DNA of 40,425 nt from Octopus bimaculoides (Eukaryota): assembly GCF_001194135.2 (NCBI RefSeq), contig NC_068983.1, positions 102,205,225-102,245,649 of the forward strand, in the 5' to 3' direction. A program made the translations under genes and the position numbers. Positions 1 through 35,558 of the stretch are shown here, piece after piece. Below the pieces are notes generated by a model, which searched no databases, was not told where the DNA came from, and saw only the letters and a list, made by a program, of their open reading frames with translations. Position 1 is the first letter of the stretch, and every line of letters begins with the position of its first letter.

Positions 1-669
1 ATATATAATAAAGTATTTTCAATGGATCAGTTTTGAGCTCTATTTAAAGTCGATATATATATATATATAATTAAAAGTCAAGGTACAATATGCACCTGCT
101 TGAAGAAAGAAGAGTTAAAACTCTCCAAAGCCACTCATCTCTCTCTATATGTAAACAAATACAGTGAATGTAGCAAATGTACTGAAAAACAGTCGTCCCC
201 ATTTGTTAAAATCACAGAGAAGAGTAGATATCCCAGTATCAAGTGATTTTGCTTTCTGTGCCGAATGGCACTTAAAGCTCATAACTAGGCTTACTATGTA
301 AACTATTTTAAAAATATATTTACCATTCTGTCTGCGTCCGATGTAGTATCTGTTATATAAGTAACAAGGTTATGAAGCCACTGTAAATGAATGAAATAAA
401 CATCTACTCTCTCACCACACTTATATATATATAAAATTTATTAATAAGGGTAGAAATTGATATTAATCAATTAATCAATGAGTCCACTTTTGCTGGTCAT
501 TCCTCTTTTTTTTTTTATGTCTTATATATATATATATATAGGTTCTTCAGTGGTTATTACTTGTATTGGCACTGTTTGAACATTGCTAAATTAAGAACTA
601 TTTTATTTTTGTAAAACAATTTCATGTTAAATGTTGTATTTGGATAAAAAATATTGTTATTTTTCTCAG

Positions 670-25262
<24,593 letters not shown>

Positions 25263-25396
25263 AGAAACCAACCACATACTCAACTCAATTTCAACTCGAC
25301 TCAATTTCAACTAAAGCTGTACATATTTGTTTCATTTGAACACACCTTTATTTTATTTCCTTTAATAATTGTCAATGACATTTGTATATTATATGA

Positions 25397-25402
25397 AATA
25401 AA
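25397..25402 (+). terminator. Candidate polyadenylation signal for MCM2
   Basis: First AATAAA after the stop codon (135 nt downstream), followed by a T-rich tract. Position only. Confidence 0.5.
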
Positions 25403-26235
25403 GAATTTTATATTAATATAAATTATTTATTCTGTTTTAACATTTCATCTTCCATGAGAGTAACTGGTGATACTTATACTATGAATCAGTGTGGTAGTTT
25501 ATATAATGAACTAGAACATATATATCAGGTCATTAAGAATGAAATGTCCGATTTTCTTATGCACCAAGTTTGACAGTTGTTAACTCTTGTTTTATCCTGA
25601 TGATTCTTTGTTTAACAATATTGAAGACGTACATCATCACTTCAAAATCCAATTCGTGATGTCTGATTATTTTGTGAGTTTTCTCTTGTAAATTAGTTTT
25701 TGTGAGTCCATGTATAGAATTCTTTGCTGCCGGCATAAATAAGCTTCTAATAAAGTGGCAAAATTATGTTGATAATTTAAGTGCCTTCTTTGATTAACAG
25801 CATTTCTTTTTGTCGAGATAAAATAAATTTTCTGTTCAAAATTGGACATTTCGTTCTTAATGACCTGATATATGATTAATAATTTGAAAAATGCATGATT
25901 TAATATAAAATTAGATTGCTGTTGTCAAATAAAATATGGCACAAAATAAACTTGGTCAGTAAAGTGTTAAATGAATTTAATATCTTTGTCATCCATAGTA
26001 AGTGTATTGGAAAGGTCTGTAAATAGCTTTTTGCTGATAAATTGTATGTCTATTTTGAAATAGCCTAATGGTTGAATTAATTCTTTAAAAAAAAATATAG
26101 ATTGAAACAATTTACATTAATGTAATTTCTCTGTAATAGCACACTACATTGTTTGTAACAATACTGGAACCCAAACCTTTCAGTTGCTAGGCCAGACCCC
26201 AGCAACCAATTTGGCTGATTGTATTTTATTGTTAA

Positions 26236-27481
26236 CTAGCAGAAATACCCGGCTTTGCCTGGGTTAAAGAGAATAATGAAATCTAAAAACGCCGTCTAGA
26301 CTACGCAACCCTCAACTGTTAGTAGCTACGATACCATATTTCTACATTAATAACTCTCCAATCCATGCCAGCATGGAACATAGACATTAAGTGGAATGCC
26401 AGTCTCTCATCTAGGAGGGCCTTGAAATCAATGTTACCAACTGGGGACTATGTGTGTCGCAGTGATAATAAAAAGACCCAAAGGAGGTCTGCAACGAAAT
26501 AATTTTACTCAACACTTTGCAAGTGAATCAGTGGAGGCAAAGATGCGTCTCATTTGCTTGACAATTTATGCACCACATTGNNNNNNNNNNNNNNNNNNNN
26601 NNNNNNNNNNNNNNNNNNNNNNNNNNNNNNNNNNNNNNNNNNNNNNNNNNNNNNNNNNNNNNNNNNNNNNNNNNNNNNNNNNNNNNNNNNNNNNNNNNNN
26701 NNNNNNNNNNNNNNNNNNNNNNNNNNNNNNNNNNNNNNNNNNNNNNNNNNNNNNNNNNNNNNNNNNNNNNNNNNNNNNNNNNNNNNNNNNNNNNNNNNNN
26801 NNNNNNNNNNNNNNNNNNNNNNNNNNNNNNNNNNNNNNNNNNNNNNNNNNNNNNNNNNNNNNNNNNNNNNNNNNNNNNNNNNNNNNNNNNNNNNNNNNNN
26901 NNNNNNNNNNNNNNNNNNNNNNNNNNNNNNNNNNNNNNNNNNNNNNNNNNNNNNNNNNNNNNNNNNNNNNNNNNNNNNNNNNNNNNNNNNNNNNNNNNNN
27001 NNNNNNNNNNNNNNNNNNNNNNNNNNNNNNNNNNNNNNNNNNNNNNNNNNNNNNNNNNNNNNNNNNNNNNNNNNNNNNNNNNNNNNNNNNNNNNNNNNNN
27101 NNNTATACATCTATGTGTATACATATACATCTCTCTCTTTCTCTCTTTCTCTCTCTCTCTGAAAGTATCTGTCATTACAGTATCAAAATGTGATTGTTTC
27201 AGTTAGTAGAATAGTTTCATTTTTAAAGTGAAAGTATTTGACATGAGTGTTTTTGTTTCACTTTTGACACGTAATACTTAAATATTGGAGGAGATATTAT
27301 GTTGCCGTGGGCTCGAACTCTGCAAGAAGTTAAAATTTTTTTTGACTAAAACACAACTGGAACCCTAAGTAAGGCATCTGTAAAATTTGAATGAAATTGG
27401 TTGCGTAGTTCTCGAGTTTTAGGGATTCACACAGACAGACAGACAGATAGACAGACACACATTCTCTTTTATATATATAGA
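26236..27481 (-). mobile_element. Non-autonomous Helitron spanning an assembly gap
   Basis: a|CTAGcagaaatacccggctttgcctggg ... cacacattctcttttatatatataGA|t. The 3' hairpin is CCC-A-GGC-AAA-GCC-GGG. Pairing across the gap is inferred. Confidence 0.72.
26581..27103. other. Assembly gap (N run)
   Basis: Ns. Confidence 1.
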
Positions 27482-27482
27482 T

Positions 27483-28395
27483 TATTGGACAAAAAGAGGA
27501 TATAGCGACATATAACGTGGAGGACAATTGGAGGTTCCCATGGAACAACGTATTGAGTGCTCCTGACCAGACCTGTGGTTGTCGCAAAGTCCACTCTCGG
27601 ATTTGTGCCAGGCAGGAGCATGATTGATGCTATATTCCTTGTTAGGCAACTGTAGGATAGCCAAGAATAAACCCTTGAACATGGCTTTTGTAGACATGGA
27701 GAAAGCCTTTGACAGAGTACCCCGCTCCCTTATCTGGAGGTTAATGTGGAAGCTAGGGATAGATGAGTGGTTAGTGAGAGCTGTACAAACCATTACAAGA
27801 ATGCTGTCAGTAAGGTGACGGTTAGCAATGAGTATAGCGATGAATTTAGGGTACAAGTAGTTCACCAAGGTTCAATCCTCAGCCCCCTCTTGTTCATCAT
27901 AGTCCTCCAGGCAATAACAGAATTTAAGACAGGCTGCCCCTGGAAGCTCCTCTATGCTGATGATCTTGTTCTTATAGACGAATCACTACTAGAGCTAGAG
28001 AAGAAATTTCAGACAAGGAAGCAAGGTTTAGAATCAATCTAGCAAAAACCAAAATCTTAGTAAGTAGGAGAGCAGTCAAATCACAATCCCTGCTCGATCT
28101 GTAGAAAAGGCGTTCGTAGAAACTCTATAAGATGTACTCGGGGTAAGCTATGGACATACAAGAGGTGCAGTAATATCAGAGGAAAGCTAACAGGGAAAAT
28201 AGTTTTTTGTGTGGAAGGCGCACAGGTACATTTAACACTAAAAATGTACAGAAAATAGACTCCATCACATGCCAGGGGGAAAAATTAGTAGTCAATAGCT
28301 TCCGTTACATAGGTGACCAAGTCAGTAGCGGGGGTGGATGCTCCCAGAGCATAGTTGCTAGAATAAGAATAGGCTGAACAAAGTTCAGAGAGCTA
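27483..28395 (+). mobile_element. RTE-clade LINE ORF fragment (RT with Cys-rich insert), decayed and internally deleted
   Basis: GFVPGRSMIDAIF, AFVDMEKAFDRVPR, QGSILSPLLF, LLYADDLVL, then CSICRKG...C..CKLW..KRCS...CGRC and FRYIGDQ. Stops and frameshifts are present. Confidence 0.88.
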
Positions 28396-29111
28396 ACGTT
28401 CCTGCCAGCTCGCCGCCTTAGACCAGATATATATATTCTTTTCTAGTCTAGGCACATGGCCCAAAATTTTGGGGGAGGGGACCAGTCGATTAGATCGACC
28501 CCAGTACACAACTGTATTTATCGACCCCGAAAGGAAGAAAGGCAACGTAAAGATAGATAAAATACCGCTAAGCATTTGACCCGGCGTGCTAACGTTTCTG
28601 CCAGCTCGCCGCCGTACCAGATATATATATATTTCTTTATTGCCCACACGGGCTAACATAGAGGGGACAAACAAGGACAGACAAAGGGTTTAAGTCAATT
28701 ACATCGACCCAGTGCGTAACTGGTACTTATCTAATCGACCGCAAAAGGATGAAAAGCAAAGTTGACCTCGGTGGAGTTTGAACTCAGACCGTAACGGCAG
28801 ACGAAATATCGCTAAGCATTTCGCCCGGTGTGCTAATGATTCTGCCAGCTCGCCGTCCTACCCGATATATATATATTTTTTCTGCTCTATGTACAAGGCC
28901 CGAAATTTTGGGGGAGGGGGGGGGAGGGCAGACGATTAGATCGACCCAGTACGCAACTGATACTTAATTTATTGACACCGAAAGGATGAAAGGCATAGTC
29001 GGCCTCGGCGGAATTTGAACTGAGAACGTAAAGATAGACGAAATACCGCTAAGCATTTGGCCCGGCGTGCTAACGATTCTGCCAGCTCGCTGCCTTACCA
29101 GAGATATATAT
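28392..29111 (-). mobile_element. Head-to-tail array of CORE-like tRNA SINEs (three units plus one head remnant)
   Basis: Units 28437..28613, 28633..28858 and 28877..29094. Each head GGCGGCGAGCTGGCAGAA is abutted on the plus strand by TACC(A/C)GA(TA)n. Confidence 0.88.
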
Positions 29112-29252
29112 TGTATGAGTTATGCAGTGATGAAATGACCAAATTAAAATTAACATTGAGTGAAAATGACATTAAATACATATATAAAATAGCAACATAT
29201 TTTTATGGCTAAAGAGCAAGCTGAATGGAACTCACACTGCATAATTTTAATT

Positions 29253-29692
29253 TGTAAGGCGTTGTCTCGAGTGTTCTGTCGCGAGTTTTGCTTAGAATAT
29301 TGAAGGAAAGCCAGAAGGCGGATGTATGAACGAACTCAACATACTTTATTTCAGGAGAGGTAACCCGATCGTACAAGCGGTAGTAAGTGATATTACAAGT
29401 TTTAAGTAAATGTTGAATAAAATGTGTGGGAACAGAATGTACAATTGCAAGTGTTGGATGACAAGAAGAATTTCAACAGGCTTACTAAAGGATGGCCTTT
29501 TGTGACTTAAATGCTTCCGGGAGTTGCATTGGCGTAGTTGATTTTAGAGTCATGCTCGCGTATCAAAATATGGCCGAGCTGCAACCCTAGCTCTTTCAAA
29601 AAGCGCGCGATACTGCTGGGCAGAAGATGTCACATATATTCTTCCGCAGCCAGCTCTAGTAGTTCGAAGTGGACATAGCACGGCGTGTTACA
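29253..29692. mobile_element. Possible solo LTR
   Basis: About 440-bp CpG-rich block bounded by TGTAA...TTACA, with AATAAA on the minus strand (~29345). No TSD found. Confidence 0.4.
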
Positions 29693-30614
29693 CCGCTACG
29701 ACAAAATATATTCCTCCTGGCCGCCTACAAATTTTTCGGTTATCTCATCGCGGGTTTTCTTCATTTTACTATGGTTTATAGGAAATTTCACGAAGCAATT
29801 TGAAGGGAATATTGTGAAAGTTAATAGATTAAAAAACACCAGAACTTCATTTCGTTACAGCATGCGTTTATGAGAAACTTTCAAATACTAATACCACGGC
29901 TAATAAAGGTAAGATGTGTTGAAAAAAGGCAGTTTCAAAATCAATGTTAGAATGTCACTATGGAAACTCTTTTATAACATCATTATAAAATATTCGGCGA
30001 CAGACTGATTTAAATACCTAAGCGTTTCTCGTTCTGCTTGCCAAAATATGTCATTGTTTACCTTTTGCCATAGGTTTATTCTAAACGTACATTGTTCCTT
30101 TCAGACTTTTAAGCCCTTGTTTCATATGTTCTAAGCAATATAAAGCTTTCCTAATTCTCAAAGTACTCTAGTGGTTGGAAAAATGAATTGGAATGTATGT
30201 CATATATGATACACAAATCCAGGGAAATAATGTCCTGTGTAAACGGTTGATATCAAAATATAGTGTAAAAGTGTAGCGTAGACTCGGGCGAAATTCCTCT
30301 TTCCCATTTATTATATATACGTGCATTCGAACGTAGCAGGGCACAGCTAACCTTTGACCGCTATTTATAATACGATTCTATGGTAAATTGTTATATGAAA
30401 TCTTTTGTTAGGGGTAGCCGTCTTTCCTCCAGAAAATTGAGAAATGCTCAAATAATTCATTTCAATCTACAGCAAATATTTCTTTACATCTTATAGCAAA
30501 GCTTCTATATGTAATACCATAGCTTGTTTAATCATGGTTTTTTTCCTGTCATATTTAACCATTAGTTTCACATGAGTTTCATTCAAAATAACACCTTTAC
30601 CATTTACTCCTCTT

Positions 30615-31561
30615 GGATCCTTTCTGTTGCTGTCACAGTTTTCCATTTTTTCCATTTTCATTCCAGTTGCTTACAAATTTAGTGTATTGAGGCAGTTTTG
30701 TATGCTAATTATGTAAGTGTAATTCACTTCGCCATAATTTAATCAATAAAATGTCAATGGCTTTTAAAGTTTGCAAATTTTGGGTAATTTTAGCCAATCA
30801 AATGCCATAGACACATTGGTGTTTGTTTCCATAGTAACAAACCAAACTATAATCTGCTTAACCTACCACCATGTTTATTTTTTGCATCTGTCTATTTTCT
30901 TTGACAAATGCCTATTCTCTGAACATTTGTACCTTCTGTTCGTCATTTTTACCTGTGTTTTTGAGAAACGGTAATTTTCGTTGCAGTTCTGTGACTACCA
31001 CATTTTCATAATTTGTAACTGTGTGCTTTCCTGGACCTTTCCTAACCCTTATACACCAACTCAAAACCTCAACCCTAAACACTAACCCTAAACCCTAATT
31101 CTAACCCTAAACACCAATCCTAACCCTAAAGCCTAACGTACAGTTTGTATATTTTGTAATATTTTTTGCCCAAATATTTCGTTGAGGATTTTTGCCATGC
31201 CTCTTTGAACGTTTCACATGACTTTATTCATTAAATCTTATTAAAACTTCAAAACTTCTAACTTTCGTGGTTGTAGTGTCTTGCTTTCATTTCGTTTGAT
31301 AAAGATTCGTCATCGTAATATTTTTGATATCATTTTGTGATAGATAGCTATCACGTTGAAAATGGCAGCTTCCAAATCCTCTTTCTTGATTGGGTAAAAA
31401 TGATCAAACTTTAAAGCTCTGTAACATTTTTCTAACATCTTTCTGGAACAAGTGAATAACAAAATAAGATTCAGCATGGAAAATTACTTCAATATACCAA
31501 ATTTGAATATTTTCACTTAATTTTAAAATTTCAAAAACTGTGACAGCAACAGAAAAGACCC
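30615..31561. mobile_element. Non-autonomous DNA transposon with long imperfect TIRs
   Basis: GGATCCTTTCTGTTGCTGTCACAGTTTT pairs with AAAACTGTGACAGCAACAGAAAAGACCC, and patchy inverted similarity extends about 190 bp (30615..30800 vs 31385..31561). No TSD seen. Confidence 0.75.
31041..31137. repeat. Degenerate (CCCTAA)n telomere-like tract
   Basis: Several ctaaccctaa / aaccctaaac units inside the 30615..31561 element. Confidence 0.75.
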
Positions 31562-31894
31562 GTAATCTTCCTCATACTACATGCAAGCTGGTATTTGTGG
31601 GATTTCCACAATTACAATATATACATCTTCAGAAGAGTGTTCCCCTTATCAGAATCTGTCTATTTACTAATTTTCTCGACAAATGAAAAGCTTCCATCTT
31701 GACCCAGCCAACTGTTAATCAAGTGGAAAATTTGTGTGAGATATTGAATGACAAATGGAAGTTACGTAAAATGAAGGGAAATATTTGAGTTTCTTAATCC
31801 ACTGGAGCAAAGAAGGCTAACGACTAACAAGAGAATTTGTATGATAATTTATGATTTTGTTATATCATCATTTAGAAAAAGTTTGAGCGTTCGC

Positions 31895-31967
31895 GGGCTC
31901 ATGGTGTAATGGATAACGCACCTGACTGCGGATCAGGCGATTCAAAGTGCGATTTCTCGCGATGGCG
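31895..31967 (+). pseudogene. tRNA-Arg-derived pseudogene or isolated SINE head
   Basis: TGGTGTAATGGATAACGCA-CCTGA-CTGCGGA-TCAGG resembles the D and anticodon arms of eukaryotic tRNA-Arg(ACG). The anticodon reads GCG, the T-loop is GTGCGATT and the acceptor stem does not pair. Confidence 0.7.
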
Positions 31968-32185
31968 AGCGCTTTATTTATTTCTTTTTAATATGGTATT
32001 CGACGACTGTATATGTTTTGAGTAAATTAGTATGAATTTATTCATTACTTTGTTCAGAAAGCCACTATTGTATGTGTCATTTAACTTAATTTTCCGTATA
32101 CGCTTGAGTAATCTCATTATATGTTGTCTTCACATCTGCCAAGTCTTTTGCAACGCCAGACAAAACAAAAAAAAAAAAAAAAAAA

Positions 32186-32629
32186 NNNNNNNNNNNNNNN
32201 NNNNNNNNNNNNNNNNNNNNNNNNNNNNNNNNNNNNNNNNNNNNNNNNNNNNNNNNNNNNNNNNNNNNNNNNNNNNNNNNNNNNNNNNNNNNNNNNNNNN
32301 NNNNNNNNNNNNNNNNNNNNNNNNNNNNNNNNNNNNNNNNNNNNNNNNNNNNNNNNNNNNNNNNNNNNNNNNNNNNNNNNNNNNNNNNNNNNNNNNNNNN
32401 NNNNNNNNNNNNNNNNNNNNNNNNNNNNNNNNNNNNNNNNNNNNNNNNNNNNNNNNNNNNNNNNNNNNNNNNNNNNNNNNNNNNNNNNNNNNNNNNNNNN
32501 NNNNNNNNNNNNNNNNNNNNNNNNNNNNNNNNNNNNNNNNNNNNNNNNNNNNNNNNNNNNNNNNNNNNNNNNNNNNNNNNNNNNNNNNNNNNNNNNNNNN
32601 NNNNNNNNNNNNNNNNNNNNNNNNNNNNN
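32186..32629. other. Assembly gap (N run)
   Basis: Ns between a poly(A) and a TA/TG tract. Confidence 1.
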
Positions 32630-33180
32630 TATATGTATATATATATATATACATATGCATACATATGTGTATGTGTATTTGTGTGTATATTTCCGTCTTA
32701 CATATATATGTCTGTATATGTATGTAGTCTGTGTACATCCATCTGTGTATTTTGATGTATATATGAATATTGATGGCTTATTATGCGTATATACTGTTGT
32801 AAAATATTAATGTAATGCAGTGTGAAAATTTTAATTTTAATTTTTAATGTATTAATTGAATTATATTTCGTATATAATTATTTGCAATATGTATTTTGAA
32901 TCCGGTCTTCCATTTAAGGTTTTCCTCGGTTTTTATAATAGGATGAATTTATATTGAATTCATTTATTTTGTTTATTTTGTTCATTGCATGCTTAATACC
33001 GTTAATTGAAAGGACCAATGAAACAAATCCATTTTTAAAGGTGTATCCTTTAACTAGTTTTGATCATATCGTTATTTCTGTTCTATTTTAACAAAACTGT
33101 CCGACAAACGGGAACGTGAAACTCCGAGTAACAGCTTTTGTTATATTTCTTCTGCTTTTAAATAAAGTACATATATATAT

Positions 33181-34530
33181 AGCAGACTAAGGTGACGCTT
33201 GTTTACTGGTCATGCTTCAAAAACCTTGCGAAGAATTCTTGAAGTTCTAAGCAATGCTGGTTTTTGTAGGTGTTCTACCTTTACATTTGTACCAATCGTT
33301 TTGAGCCATGTTGGTAGTTAAGTGCGGATACTTCGAAGTGCGCCAATTACTATTGGGATCACATCTACTGTCCTCATTGACCACAATCTTCGTATTTCCC
33401 ACTTCAAATCGTCATAGTTGTACATTTTTTCTTCTTTCTCTTTGATCCTGTTGTCACCGAGATATGCTATGTCGATTATCATGCATGTTCTTTCTTTTTT
33501 ACTTACCACAACAATGTCCGGTTTCCGATGTTTGGTCAGGTGGTCACATTGAATCATTGCATTCCACAGGATTTTGCAATTTTCATTCTCGGCGACTCCT
33601 GGTGTTTTCTCATACCACGTCTTTGCTCTTTATAGACTGTGATTTCCACAGAGCTCTCAATGGATCATTCTTGCCACATTGTCATGTTGTCTTTTGTATC
33701 GCGTTGTGCCATTTTCGGGCATTCGCTAACGATGTGCCATACCGTTTCACCCCTCTCAGCACACATTCTGCGTTTGTCGCTGTCGGTAGTGTTGTCGATT
33801 CTGTACCTCACATAATCAGTTCTTAACACTTGTTCTTGATCCGGGAGATATAAGTGCTTCTGCCTCTATCTTCAGGTTACTCCCTCCTCATCCGTAGCCA
33901 TCGGTCTTCTGTATCTGTCTTGGCGTTCGTATCTCTTGCAAAGTGACCGTACACTTTTTTCTCCTTTCGTACTGTTTCTTTTTTGTGTTCTTTTCCTCTT
34001 TAAGTTTTTTCTTTCTTAACTCAACTATTAGTTTGAATGACATCGGCCTTCTTCACATGCTTCAACAATGGTTCCACAGTATTTTTTACGTACCATGCTA
34101 AGCTTTTTTCCTCTGCTTCGATGTAATTCTAGCAACTGATCAAATCTCTCACACTCTTTCTTCTGGACAAGTACAGTGTCACACTTAGAGTGGAAGTCTC
34201 CGTGCGCTGGCAACATTTTTCTTGTCTTCATGTCCATGTCCACTAGTTCTTTCTTTTGCCATTTTATTATTCTAGCTCCATACCGAAGTGATGCTATTGT
34301 CCATGTATTAACTCAATGGATTTAATTCCATCCGGTCAATTTTGAGCGCAACACCAATCTTAGTCTTCGGAAATATTCCATCCTCAGTTGCTCTTTTATT
34401 TCCTTCTCCATTATCTCGTTGAACTCTATTATGCCAAGGTGTTTGTAGCCTTCCTTTTCAATTTGTTTAATGAGTTCTCTAGTGCTGTCCATAATGTTTT
34501 CTTAATGTAAACCCTCGTCATTAATAAAGA
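33181..34530 (-). mobile_element. RLE-type non-LTR retrotransposon (R4/Dong-like), 3' fragment
   Basis: RT thumb YKHLGIIE, CCHC finger CRMCAERGETVWHIVSECP, and restriction-like endonuclease RKPDIVVV...IIDIA...KEKEEK...VIPIVIGAL. The 3' end abuts a (TA)n tract. Decayed. Confidence 0.85.
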
Positions 34531-35353
34531 ATTTGTTGTTGTTATTATTTTTGGTACAGAGCAACTTATCCAGAGGAAGAAGTATCAAGGTTGAATTACA
34601 ACGCAGAGCGACTTCAATCAATCCATTCAACCCACACACTTACAGAGATCAGAGAAAACATCTTTCACATGTGTAGTAAAAAGAAGTCGCCATTTGGACT
34701 AAAATACTATCCACTGTTCATACGTTATTTCCTTTTAATCTAAATGAATCTTCACATCCGCTCTGGGGTCTGAATAATCATTACAATTATACATTCTCTC
34801 TCCTACCTTTTCAGTCACTTTCTCTCACACATACACTCGTACAAAAAAAAAAAATGTGTGTGTGTGTGCGTGTGCGTATGTTTATTTGTGTATACGAGTG
34901 TGTGTTTGTCTGTGTGTGTGTGTAAATTATTGTTCTTATTACTAAAGCTTTTGAACCAGAGTATAACCTCCTGGTACACTTCCATACATTAAGGTGCACG
35001 TCTTTCTTAATATTAGCAACGAACCTATGTAAAATATTCTTATTAACGCAGATGATATCTAATTTCAAAGGGGGAAAAATGAGCCGAATCTTACGGTCCA
35101 TAAGATAGATTTCACTTTCAACCCCTCCATCTAACTTATTTGCTCCTCGAAATCAGATATTAGCTATATAATTAAGAATATTTAAGACAGGGTAATTTCT
35201 AAAAATAAGGAAAACGTAGACCCGAGTTTAGAGTCTATGGAAGTGTACCGAGGAGGTAATACTGTGGTTTGAAAATCTTAGCAATAACAATATCTCATTT
35301 ATTCAGTTCGACATAAAGAATTACTACACGCCAATCTCACTCATATCACTATG

Positions 35354-35354
<1 letters not shown>

Positions 35355-35387
<33 letters not shown>

Positions 35388-35481
35388 TGTATGTATGTAT
35401 GTATGTATGTATGTATGTATGTATGTATGTACGTATGTATGTATCTATCTGTCTATCTATCTATCTATCTATCTATCTACA
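35355..35481. repeat. (TATG)n-(TATC)n compound tetranucleotide microsatellite
   Basis: Direct reading. Confidence 0.97.
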
Positions 35482-35558
35482 TATAACTTTGACGAAAACA
35501 TAACAAACGGAAAATTAATTCAAATTCTCATTCATTTGTGACTTTATTTTTTGCCCCC

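Noticed and set aside
1-669. Additional upstream MCM2 exon
   Set aside because: No frame matches the expected preceding MCM2 peptide, so the region appears intronic.
25278-25313. Short tandem duplication (caactcaatttcaact x2) in the MCM2 3' UTR
   Set aside because: It is too short to interpret and consistent with ordinary slippage.
25596-25670. TGATGA...CTGA spaced about 70 nt, as a possible C/D snoRNA
   Set aside because: It lies downstream of the gene rather than in an intron, the C box lacks the 5' purine, and there is no terminal stem.
28392-29111. Repeat-spacer array resembling CRISPR
   Set aside because: The units are recognisable SINEs of about 180-225 bp.
30790-30840. CCAAT plus X-box as the promoter of an adjacent host gene
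   Set aside because: No exon or gene was found nearby and the motifs lie within a TIR-bounded element. Kept only as part of that finding.
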